Source: the human T2T-CHM13v2.0 reference genome, Homo sapiens
DNA: 64,000 bases
Assembly (NCBI RefSeq): GCF_009914755.1
Contig: NC_060928.1
Reading direction: 5' to 3' (one strand)
The notes beneath the pieces were generated by a model. It had not been told where the DNA came from, ran no database searches, and saw nothing but the letters and a program-made list of their open reading frames with translations. The translations under genes were made by a program, and so were the position numbers. Of this stretch, positions 36,463 through 47,545 are shown in pieces. The first letter of the stretch is position 1, and each line of letters starts with the position of its first letter.

Positions 36463-37307
36463 AAGTATTGCTGGAGATCTATTAATAATATTCAACTTGA
36501 TAAAATCAAAATTTGGCTTTATTTATGATTTTTCTATTGCATAAATTTATAAAATATATTTTTCCTCATTTATATTATTTCTTTATCTATTTTTTTTATA
36601 TTTCTATCAAGAAATATAATATTTCTATATTTAAATTTTATCATAAATAAAAATTAACTTCAAATTGATTTTGTTGGCAAAACACAAGGTTTCGAAATAC
36701 TTGTTCAAATTTTAAAACATTTTTTCCTTCATAATTCTGAAACATGTATAAAGATTACATAAGCTCAGTCATCATATAATTAAAGAAAAAACATGACCCC
36801 AAAGGGACCAATGTTTAAAAGAAGAAGATAGCAATGTGGCATTTTCTAAAGTGAAAGATTTGTGGAAGAAGTGTAGACTTGGGTTTTACAGATAATTGGA
36901 GGAACTGCTAGCCACAATGAGTTATTTGCTTTAGAATCCTGGAACTGGGAATGTGTGTGTGTGTCAAGAAGTTGGGGGAGTTGGTGATTAGAATGATGTC
37001 CATTTTATATGACATGAAGGGTGTTTCCATCAAGAACTTTTAAAATGAAACAGCAATAAATTATCTTTGAGGTTCTAGAAATTTCAATGCAACTACCTCT
37101 ACTGGTGATTTATATTTTAAAAACAAAATGCCAGTTATGTTTTTAGAAAGTCCTCTCTCTTTCAAATCGTGAAAGACAATTTTTATTATTTAAGGGCAAT
37201 ATATAAACATTATAGCTGAAACTCAAGAACAGTAGTATTTAAATATCTCTTGCTTCTGGGAAATGTTCATTCTCATATCATACAGGATACAAGAAAATCC
37301 TTCACAT

Positions 37308-37611
37308 GGTTGGGCACAGTGGCTCAGGCCTGTAATCTCAGCACTTTGGGAGGCCGAGGTGGCAGATCATCTGAGGTCAGGAGTTCAAGACCAGCCTGGC
37401 CAACATGGCGAAATCCCATCTCTACTAAAAAATATAAAAAGTAGCTGGGCATGGTGGCAGGCGCCTGTAATCCCAGCTACTCGGGAGGCTGAGGGAAGGA
37501 GAATTGCTTGAACCCAGGAGGCGGAGGTTGCAGTGAGCCTGAGATCATGCTGCACTCCAGCCTGGCTGACAGAGAGTGACACCGTCTCAAAAAAAAAAAA
37601 AAAAGAAAGAA
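37308..37611 (+). mobile_element. AluSx-like, full length
   Basis: Dimer with poly(A); perfect 17-bp TSD AAGAAAATCCTTCACAT (37291-37307 / 37612-37628). Confidence 0.96.
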
Positions 37612-37865
37612 AAGAAAATCCTTCACATGCCACTCTCATAATTTCTACAGATTCTTCTCCACTTTGTACTAAAGTAAGAGACAAGCATTCTCTCACCACA
37701 GTGTTTAATAGTGAAGATGTTTGTTAGCAACAGCGCTTTTTACCAAAGGGACCTGGCAATCATTTACAGTTTCCAACAACATCAGCAACAACTCACCTTT
37801 GTTAAAGAGTTGCTATGTAACAGGCATTTTTCTAAGTTATCGTCCATATATTTGGGGTTGCTTTT

Positions 37866-38122
37866 GAGTGTAGTGGCACAATCATGGCTCACTACAGCCT
37901 CAACTTCCTGGGCTCCAGTGATTGTACCACCTCAGCCTCCTGAGTAGCTGAGACCACAGATATGAACAACTACACCTGGCTAATTTTTAAATGTCCTTTT
38001 TTGTAGAGATGGGGTCTCACGATGTTTCCCAGGCTGGTCTCAAACTTCTGACATCAAGTAACCCTCCCACCTCAGCCTCCTAAAATGCTGGGATTACAGA
38101 TGTGAGCCACTGGCACCTGGCC
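37866..38122 (-). mobile_element. AluJ without tail, inserted in a MIR (~37790-38232)
   Basis: GCACAATCATGGCTCACTACAGCCTC J diagnostics; MIR-like flanks. Confidence 0.88.
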
Positions 38123-38301
38123 ATATTCACTTCTTGAATCAGCATAATAACCCTATAACGTAGGGCTATTTCTTACCTATTTTAAAAAGAGAACTATTGG
38201 AGGCAAACAGTTAAATAATTTGCCCAAATGTTGTGTATATATGTAACTTATTTATCTATACTGTTTATCATCGTCTAAAGGAGTAGTCTAATTTTTTTCA
38301 G

Positions 38302-38591
38302 AACCATGTTAGTGGCTCATGCCCGCAATCTCAGCTACTTGGGAGACTGAGAAGAAGGATTGTTTGAAGACAGGAGTTCAAGACCAGCCTGGATAACATA
38401 GTGAGACCCTATCTCTAAAAAAATTTAAAAACTTATCCAGGCATGGTGATGCATACCTATAATCCCAGCTACTGGAGAAGCTGAGGCAGGAGAATCCCTT
38501 GAGCTAAGGAGGTGGACCATGGAGTAAGTGATCCATAATCGCACCACTGCACTCCAGGCTGAGAGACAGAGGGAGACCTTGACTCTAAAAA

Positions 38592-38635
<44 letters not shown>

Positions 38636-38640
38636 ATAGA
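38302..38640 (+). mobile_element. AluJ with (AAAT)n tail
   Basis: AACATAGTGAGACCC; ~11 TAAA units at 38593-38638. Confidence 0.9.
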
Positions 38641-39164
38641 AAAAATTCAGTTGAACAACAGACATTTGATTGTATGTCCTGTACAATAATTCATCTTCTT
38701 TGGCTTATTCCTATTTCAGCTAAGGCATTAGCATACTTACCATACATTCTGTTATTTAACATTTTTCTACCAGGTAAATATCGCTAATATACTTTAGAAT
38801 AAAGAAAGTAGTTTAATGTTTTCTAGGTCAACTTCTGACAATATAAGGCATGTAGTTATATAGAGAGGTGTATCTTTCTCTAGCATTGATAATTGTTTTA
38901 CAGTCTTAATGTGTATGATTTTATAACTATTGCATCTCTGTAATCCATAATATTTTACCTATATTTCTAAATTGATATTATACCACTTTTTTCTTGGTTA
39001 ACAAAGATCAGTTTTATAACTACCAAGATGATCCTTACTTCTCTCACCAAATCAATGTAAATATATTGTAATATGGACCTCTCCTACTTTTCTCTAAAGA
39101 TTTTCCTGAAAAATGGATTATAAACAGACTTGAGAAAGCATATAACAATCACTAAAATAAAAGA

Positions 39165-39340
39165 TGTCACACATCTCCTGCAGCTAATTTATTTGGGGTT
39201 CTCTGCTTGTTCCTTCCAGGGTTTCTTTAAGCATAAGGTGGTAATGGCTCCTCAGTTGTTAGCTCCAAGAAGTTTACCTCATCCTGTTGGGCTTTTTTCT
39301 ACTCCTACCCATATCTCTCTTTATGGAGTCTCTCCATTGA
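39165..39340 (+). repeat. Isolated duplicate of the LTR33 segment at 42121-42298
   Basis: Manual alignment: about 18 substitutions and 3 indels over ~177 bp. Confidence 0.9.
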
Positions 39341-39609
39341 CTCCATAACAAACTGTTAGGCCCTCTGTAAGTTTATCCTTAGTAAATCTCCTCTACTCAG
39401 TGATACAGAATCTGAGAATTACTCATAGAGGATAATTTATAGAGATAATTAAGCAGAAAGATAATTATTAAAAAGACTTTGGCATCTGGTTTTCTCTGTA
39501 ACTCTAAAGTTTTTTTCTCATATTTTTACAGCTACTCTATACAGGTATGATAAATCAATTTGAAAGAATAAAACATACTATAATAGCATTAATAATAACA
39601 TTGGATAGA

Positions 39610-39925
39610 GCCAATCAGCAATAAAAAGGCACAAACTACTGACACATGAATTTCAGACATGATGCTGTGTGAGAGATCAAACACAAAATAAGCACAAACT
39701 CTTCTAAGCCATTTATACGAAGCCATACCATGACCAAACTAATTTATAGTGATAGAAACCAGAACAGACAATACTTGGGGGGGCAGACTGATAAAAAGAG
39801 GAATGAGGCAATTCTCTGGGGTGGTCAACTGTTGTATGTTTTCATAGAAATGCTTGCATTTGTCAAAATTAATTAAACTTATACAATGTATGTACATCAT
39901 ACCTAAAGACATAACCTATAAAAAT
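39610..39925 (+). mobile_element. L1ME 3' fragment
   Basis: CAAACTACTGACACA...AAACTAATTTATAGTGATAGAAACCAGAACAG...GCATTTGTCAAAA. Confidence 0.65.
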
Positions 39926-40059
39926 TGAATAAGCAACATGAGAGTTAAGTGCTTTGTTGTTGACAGCCTCTGATTCAGGAAGTTAGCCATCTGGAATTGG
40001 GGATGCTGAGGAAAAGCCCTACCTGTACCAGTTCTGCATTAACTGCCATGGACATCTGT

Positions 40060-40190
40060 TCATCATTTATTCCTGTTTGGCCAAGATTGTCCCCATTTAT
40101 GTATATTTTCCCAATGGATTAGTTAATTTCACCTCCAATCACTCCCAAAATTGAACCAGTTTGAAAGATAAATAATATGGTCATATTAGA
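40060..40190. mobile_element. MER94/MER81-like hAT-Blackjack MITE
   Basis: CCAAGATTGTCCCCATTTATG...CCAGTTTGAAAGATAAAATAATATGGTCA. Confidence 0.5.
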
Positions 40191-40566
40191 ATTAATTAGC
40201 CACAAGAGAAAGCAAAACCCCAGTTGGACTGACAGAATTAGTTAGCTTGATAGGCTCCTCAGCAAACTTAGTGAAATTTGCATAAGCATCTTGTTCCCAT
40301 TTACAAACTCCTAATCTCTAGTGCTCAATATCAGAAAATGCCTCTTGAGACATTCTCTCTTACTTACACTTTTCCCCAGTCAACTCTCTATTTGCATCTT
40401 CTAATCAGTACTTTCAAATCTTTATTCAATTGAAAAAAAAGTCCCTGAAAATCTGAACTTGACAAATAATTACAGAAGGCTAATCCTCAAGTTGTTTAAA
40501 CTCAATCAATATAAAACACTATTCGACACCTTGCTTCAGAAACCAGCTTCTCCCATAATATCTAAT

Positions 40567-40996
40567 TGTATCTAGTTGATAGCATAGTAAAGTATCTTAA
40601 AAAATGGACCCAAAATGTAATAAAAATAAACTTATATTTCTTTCTTGTTTCTTCGGGAAGAAGATGAGGAAAGTACCACTACTCTCCATCATTTAACCCA
40701 GGCTGACAGCAGCTCCATCATCTTCAATATATAACTTCCAATGTCTCCTTGGGCATTACCCTCCCAGGTAGCCAGAGAGGAGGAACAATCATGGAGTAAA
40801 ATAAGTAGTGGGAGAGACGGACTGTGGATGTAATAGATTCGGTATTCACAGGACGCACAATACTTCTCACTTTTTATTACCTGGAACACAATCAGATGAC
40901 CAGATCCAACTGCAAGGAAATATGGATAATGAAGTGTACATGTACGCCAGGAGAAGGGAAGAAGATGGATATTGATAAAGAGCAATTTCTGCCACA
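40567..40996 (-). mobile_element. MLT1 (J/K-like) LTR
   Basis: CAGGCTGACAGCAGCTCCATCATCTT...CCAACTGCAAGG...TCTGCCACA. Confidence 0.7.
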
Positions 40997-41344
40997 TGTG
41001 CTGATAATCTCCCTATTGGTCTTCCTAATTCTCCTTTTTCCTATAATACATTATTTATATCACAGACAGAGAAGAATTATAGTAAAATATATCACATTAT
41101 GTACTTCGCTGATACAACTTCTTTACTTCCCTATTAGATTTATGATATAATCCAAATTATGATGGACAGACTCTAAGGTTCTAGATATAATAGGTCCTGA
41201 CTCACATCTTACCCACTGGGCTCCAATGACACAGCCTTGAACTTACCTAATTTGTTCCTGGTGTGAGGTCTCTGTATTAACTGCTACTTTATCTATTTTC
41301 TTTATAGCTACTTTATGCTATTTTCCCCATACCTCAATTATACT

Positions 41345-41822
41345 TGTTATAATTATGTTCAACAATGAAAAACCAAAAATTCTACCATGGTGGTTTTTAC
41401 AAAACAGATTTATTTGTCTTGCACAACAAAAATTTAAGGGTAGAGTGTCTAGAAATTTTCTGGTAGCTCAATCATAATGTAAATGAATCAGGATCCTTCT
41501 AACTTTCTGCACAACCATGTTTTGTGTAGGTCTTTTGTCCTCATGAAGAAAGCCATGTGGTCTACCTCCAGGCATCATATCCATACAAAGGGAGGAATAA
41601 GAAGGAAGTCCTCAAAGTCTTCTTCCTACAAGAATTTGTTTATATATTCTGTTAGGAAAGCCCTATTTTCATATTTATTTCTTCATCACATAGACCAGAA
41701 ATATGCCCTGTTGACATTTCTACATGAAAAGAAGGTTAGACGTTTTAGCTTTTATAATAGTAAAAGCAAGAATGAGAAGTACTGCATGTAGTTTTTGGAT
41801 TACCAATTACAGCAACTTCCAA
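41345..41822 (-). mobile_element. Old MLT1 LTR
   Basis: ATCAGGATCCTTCT...CTACCTCCAGGCATCATATCC...CATAGACCAGAA. Confidence 0.55.
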
Positions 41823-41959
41823 ATCCCAGATCTTCAAAAGCACATTTGCTGATAGTCATTCAGTTTTAGATTAAATGTCACCTCTTTGAAGAGGCCTTCT
41901 ATGTTGATAATTTCCTATGTGCCATCCTATATTATTCTTTACCTTGCTATGTTCCTAAG

Positions 41960-42357
41960 ACGCTAACTTTTGTGGAGGGCTTCAATTGAATCCTTCACCT
42001 CTGACCTGTAGTCAGTGAGATTCTGGAGAGTGGAAAAGGCTGATTGTGGGTTACTCCTCTCCCAGCCCCCTCCTGCTTATCCTAAAGTTGTCTCTCCTGC
42101 AACGTCCTGCAGCTCCTCTCTGTCACACATCTCCTATAGCTAATTTATTTAGGGTCCTCTGCCTGTTCCTTCCAGGGTTTCTTTAGGCTTAAAGGTGGTA
42201 ATGGCTCCTCAGTTGTTAGTTCCAAGGAATTTACCCCATCTTGTTGGTTTTTTTCTAGTCCTGCCTACATCTCTCTTTATGAACAGTCTCTCCATTGAAC
42301 TTTTTTTAATTGCCCTGTTTGAGAGGACCATTTATGTCTTGCCAGCAACATAACATA
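41960..42357 (+). mobile_element. LTR33-like ERVL LTR embedded in L2 (~41000-42650)
   Basis: TTTAGGCTTAAAGGTGGTAATGGCTCC...CCATTGAAC...CCTGTTTGAG. Confidence 0.7.
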
Positions 42358-42653
42358 CCTTTTAAATTACCAAGTGTAAGGTACGTCACCAATAGCCCTA
42401 TTCTCATCACTCTGTTTTTTTCAATACTCTATTTTAAACTTGCGAAGGATTTACCATTATCTGAAATGATTTAATTATGTATACAACGTTCACCTCCCCC
42501 TAGTGCAAGCTCCTTAAGAATAGGCATTATATCTGTTTTGTTACTGTTTTATTTCTAGTGTCTAGTATACAGACTGCTGTATAATTTTTGTTCAAGATTT
42601 GTTGAATAAATACTGTGAATAAATTTTTGTTCAAGATTTGTTGAATAAAGTGC

Positions 42654-42953
42654 GACAGGGCGCGGTGGCTCACGCCTGTAATCCCAACACTTTGGGAGGC
42701 CAAGGTGGGCGGATCACGAGGTCAGGAGATGGAGACCATCCTGGCTAACATGGTGAAACCCCGTCTCTACTAAAAATACAAAAAAATTAGCCAGGTGTGG
42801 TGGTGGGCCCCTGTAGTCCCAGCTACTCGGGAGGCTGAGGCAGGAGAATGGCATGAACCTGGGAGGCGGAGCTTGCAGTGAGTGAGCCAAGATTGCGCCA
42901 CTGCACTACAGCCTGGGCCGACAGAGCGAGACTCCATCTCAAAAAAAAAAAAA
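42654..42953 (+). mobile_element. AluY
   Basis: GAGACCATCCTGGCTAAC, GAGAATGGCATGAACC, GGAGCTTGCAGTG (Y diagnostics); several CpGs retained. Confidence 0.95.
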
Positions 42954-43878
42954 CTAAGGGCTAAAGTCATACTTGTTGATTGAATGCTGCCTGGACGGCC
43001 TCCTCCTGCAATAACCTGAGCTCCCACATACCTTTAGCTCAACACCATGCCCCATATAGATTCACCAAGAACACCTCTCTATACCAAATGTATCTGCAGT
43101 TGAATTCTACCCCTTTTCTGGATTTCCAAGCTTCTGCTTATCACAAAGGTTTACAGTGGCTTCAGATTTCTACATAAATCCTTCTTTCTTTTTCAGTGAA
43201 GATTTCTAAGTTAAATTTTTTTTCTATACTGTGGTCATAATTATCTTTGGCCATGTAAACTTTCACTAAGCAGTGAAGTCTATTTCAAAATTTAAGGAAA
43301 AATTACATGATTGCTGATGATAAAGGACACAAAGGACACTTGTACTTTGGTTTCTTAGTTGTGGACAAACCGACATGTTTTTTTCATTCTCAGAATATTT
43401 ATGCTAATGTGGCTTTATATATGTCATAGTTCTAAATTTCGTGTCAATGACTGTTTTCCGACATTGGTTCCAAAATAGGTTAAATAGTCTATCACACTTT
43501 TATAAGTATTAATGGTTTCATTTTCTGCTCAGGGCAGTTTCTTAATAACTGTCTTTCATTGAAATACTTTCATACTCAGAAATTAAGGCTGCAGAGAGAT
43601 TAAGCTGTGCTCCGAAGCATAAACATTCAAAACACAACAGGCAATAGGCACATTTCAGAGTTTCTAATTGAGAGATTGTATATCGGTTGGAAAAGGCATA
43701 AACAAAATGTAATCTGACATAGTTATAACATTTGGGTTAATCACAGCCTTGTTTAAGTGGGATGATTCATCTACCTGTGTTGTGTTGTTATTGTTATATA
43801 TATTACATCATTTGGGGATGAAATGGAGTCTTTTAGTTCCCATTAATAAAGTATTAACATGGAATATCTTAAAAGTGG

Positions 43879-43898
43879 ATACACACACACACACACAC
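43879..43898. repeat. (CA)n microsatellite
   Basis: Read directly from sequence. Confidence 0.9.
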
Positions 43899-46189
43899 GA
43901 AAATTATTCAGAAAATGTGTCAGAAACAATATTATGAAAAACAAAGAAGGAAGTCAAGATTAGAGAGATCAGACTCAGCTTGAGCTTACTGAAAAAAAAT
44001 GGGCAAGTAAGAAATGTTAAAAGACTTCATGTTTGAAGTCATAAGGTGATAAACATTAAAAGAGTGCTAAAAAGCCCTTATGTTTATCTTTAAAATAATA
44101 GGTAGCTTCGGAGGAAAGCCAACATAGAAGGATGAAAATAAATGTAATTTTTCAATAATATTGAAAGGGCTTGGCCCATCTCTGATCAGCATGTCATGGC
44201 TCGATATGCTTCATTCTACTTAACTCTTCTCTTCTCCAAAATTCTATGTTGCCTTTCAAGGAAGGTATCATCATTTACACAAAGGTGGGCAGGCATCACG
44301 TGCTGTCCTGCTCACCTGCTGCCACAGTGCAACTTTCAGCAAATTACTCTCTGGCTCCTGTCCTCGTATAATTTCAAAACCAGCAACCCAAAATAAAATT
44401 AAGGAAAATAATTGCAAAGGGATTTAAAGAAGCAGAAAGAGAAATTCAGCAAAAGCATGATGTTGGTAAACACATTTTTAAATCGGGGCCTCCCCAGTAT
44501 GTTTAAAACTTAAAATAATAATATATTTTGAAATAAATGGTTACTTTCAAAATGACAGAACTATTTCATTCAACTTAAAATTGTAAAATGGGTCTATTAT
44601 TGTAAAATTTACCCCACCTCTCTTTACTTTATCACTGTTTTCTTTTTGTGTCTTTGCTTTGACATAAGTCTAAAAATTAAATGCATGTAATTCCATGGTT
44701 CACTGAGTATTATGCCACACAACTTTGCAGCATGTCACTAGCAGTGTTATTGACCAATTAAAGGATAGCATTTAAATTTTATTGTTTTTGAAGGTAGGGT
44801 AGCTCATCATATTTTCATTTCTCTTTTAATTCACTTCAAATGAAGACTTTGAGATTCGTAAGTCGTAACATAGGTGTGTTCGAAAGAGAAGGCATTTACC
44901 TAGCCAGCTGCATGTTACTCATAACACGTACCATATTTCACAGTGTGCAAACTTCAGGAGGGGGAAAAAAGGTTACAACCCTTATATGTGAATGGGGCCA
45001 TTATATACTTCAAATTAAGCCAATGAAGAAATGAGAAACAAAAGATTACAGAATTGTATAGTCTTCAGTAAGCAGGCAAGTGACTCCATACAGAAGAGCC
45101 AGTGAGCCAAACAGAAAGCATAATAGAATGTTTCTTCCAAATTTCTCATAACATGGACATTTCTATTTTATTCATTTTAAATAATGGAGCAACTTAAAGG
45201 CTGTGAGAAAACAATTTCCTCCACATATGTATGCTTTTGAAAAGTTTTGCTGGACATGTAGACAATTAGAACACTATAGTAATAGAAAAATAGAATTTTT
45301 TTATTTAGAAATAGAATATTTTTCCATTCTGTGTAATAGAAAAAATTACACAGAATTATATATGATATATATTACATAGTGTGCATGTATTAAATATATA
45401 CTTTTAAAACTAATTTTTATTACAAAGCAATATGTGAGAAGTTAAAAACAACCAAATAAAAATAGTCCATTACAATTACAATAATTTTGTTTTTGTTTTT
45501 GTAAAATTTCTGATTGGTCCCTTCAAACAGAGATTTTCCAATTTTTTCAAAAATTATATTAATAGTATTACAAAATAAGATTATCAGCAGATGTATCATT
45601 TAGAATAAATGTAATAATATATCCTATAGTTATTGTTAGTATAACACTTAAAAGAGTTTCTCAGAATTTGTAATAGCATATAAAGATAGTAATATAATGA
45701 TTATTATTTAATATTAATACTAATAGAATGAGTAATAGTAAGAGAATGATAGTATTTAAATTAATAGTAATAGAATTTAATAGCACTTAAATTGATATAT
45801 TTATTTCAGAGCTCCATTCTTCCAATTTAAATTTAATTTAAATTAAAATTAATTTTCAATCAAAATTTCCTACAAATACTATCTTTATATTAAATTTTAA
45901 TTTGTCAGTTCAATTGATTGCAGTAATAAAAATAGTGATAATAACTTAATCTGGAAGAAAAATTCATACCTAGAGACTTATAGTAAATACTTAAATTCAA
46001 AAAATAACTTAAAAATTGTATTAAATAAAAAATTTATGTTGTATATGTGAATGTGCACTTGTCAGTTAACAAGATAATTTAAGAATAAAATATATTACTA
46101 TAATGTAAACTTCTGTGGAAAAAAGAAAATTCAAATTCATTATGATAAAAAGGAAACTGTCAACTTTCTATTAATATATGGGCTTAATT

Positions 46190-46392
46190 GTATTCCTCAT
46201 TTAATATGATTAAAAGACTAATGTAACATGTATTTTAATTGTCAATATTTGTACTAGACTGGAAATTGTTTATTTCAAGCATTTAAACATACGTTAAAAT
46301 ATTTTGATATAAACTTGGAAATGTATGAGGGTATATAATGTTTTCCAAAATTATTTTATGGGATGCACAGAACTATCTTTTGAAGACCACTG
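46190..46392. mobile_element. hAT-Charlie terminal fragment
   Basis: ...TTTTTGAAGACCACTG Charlie-type terminal inverted repeat end. Confidence 0.5.
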
Positions 46393-46695
46393 ATAAAACA
46401 TGTTACCAAAGTGATTGGACTTAAACAGGAGATAAAATTATTTCATGGGAACAAAAGGAAAGAAAGGAAGACTAGTTGCAAATGGAGCTGTGGTGGATGA
46501 TGAGGGAGGAAATTTAAAAAAAAATTGTCTTTTAGCTATAATGTTTTCAATGAAATCAGAAGCTGGGATGCAGGGAGAGCTTTTATTTTAGTAAAATAAG
46601 TCACAGTTTGGTTTAGATGGTTAAGAGAAAATGAAAGAAGAGTGTCAGCATTGGGAAGATTTAAGGACTACTAGGGACTATTAAAAGATTGATAA

Positions 46696-46927
46696 CCAAT
46701 ATGGTGAAAACTTTTCTGTACTGAAAATACAAAAACTAGCTGGGCACGGTCATGCGTGCCTGTAATCCCTGCTACTCAGGAGGCTAAGGCAGGAGAATCA
46801 CTTGAACCCGGGAGGCGGAGGTTGCCATGAGCCGAGATTGCACTATTGCACTCCATCCTGGGTGACAAAGTGAGACCCTGGGCCCCGATACCAAAAAAAA
46901 AAAAAAAAAAAAAGAAAAAGAGAAAGA
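46696..46927 (+). mobile_element. 5'-truncated AluS inside an L2 remnant
   Basis: Starts CCAATATGGTGAAA; right arm and poly(A); TSD AAAAGATTGATAA / AAGAGATTGTTAA. Confidence 0.9.
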
Positions 46928-47327
46928 AAGAGATTGTTAAGGCAAAATGCAATGAAACAGCAATAACATTAATGCATGTTTTATACAATGTCTATCGTTT
47001 TCAGGAGCAGTTCTGAGAAACTTAAGTTTAACCCGTGTAACACTTAGCACACAGCCTGCTACCGGAGACACCTACAGCAGAATGTAAAGACGGCTGAAAT
47101 GATTCAGATACAGGTAGAATTTTGCGGTGTGTGTTTTGTGTAATATAGGACAAATTGTACCTGATTCTCTTCCAAAGATTTCATTAACAAAGATGTAAAT
47201 ACTTGGGCTGTGAAGTAACGTATAGCAAACTCGTGCAACTGTCATTTTTTGAGAACCCACAAAAGAGAGACTTCAGCAGCATGGTGGAGTTCAAGTCAGT
47301 GAAATGAGAGAAACTGAAAAAGGGAAA

Positions 47328-47545
47328 GTCATCATAGCTGAGCACCTACTATGTACCAAACAAGACGCAAAGTGTTTAATGTTCATTACATTATTTAATT
47401 CAAAAGTAACCTTATGAAGTGGGTATTATAATTATCTGCACTTTGAAAGTGAGAAAACTGACTCTCGAAATGTTTTAGTAAATTATACAGTATCACCCAA
47501 GTATTATGAAATAGTACTATGTCTCAACCTAAGACTTCTGATATC
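47328..47545 (-). mobile_element. MIR
   Basis: TGAGCACCTACTATGTACCA...AACCTTATGAAGTGGGTATTAT...GAGAAAACTGA. Confidence 0.8.

Noticed and set aside
37250-37947. Several ORFs with Alu-like peptides (also 42770, 46776, 57294, 59076, 59245)
   Set aside because: Alu translations.
38700-38780. Possible 54-nt exon (TTTCAG|...CAG|GTAAAT)
   Set aside because: Moderate signals and a T-rich, intron-like interior; expected by chance.
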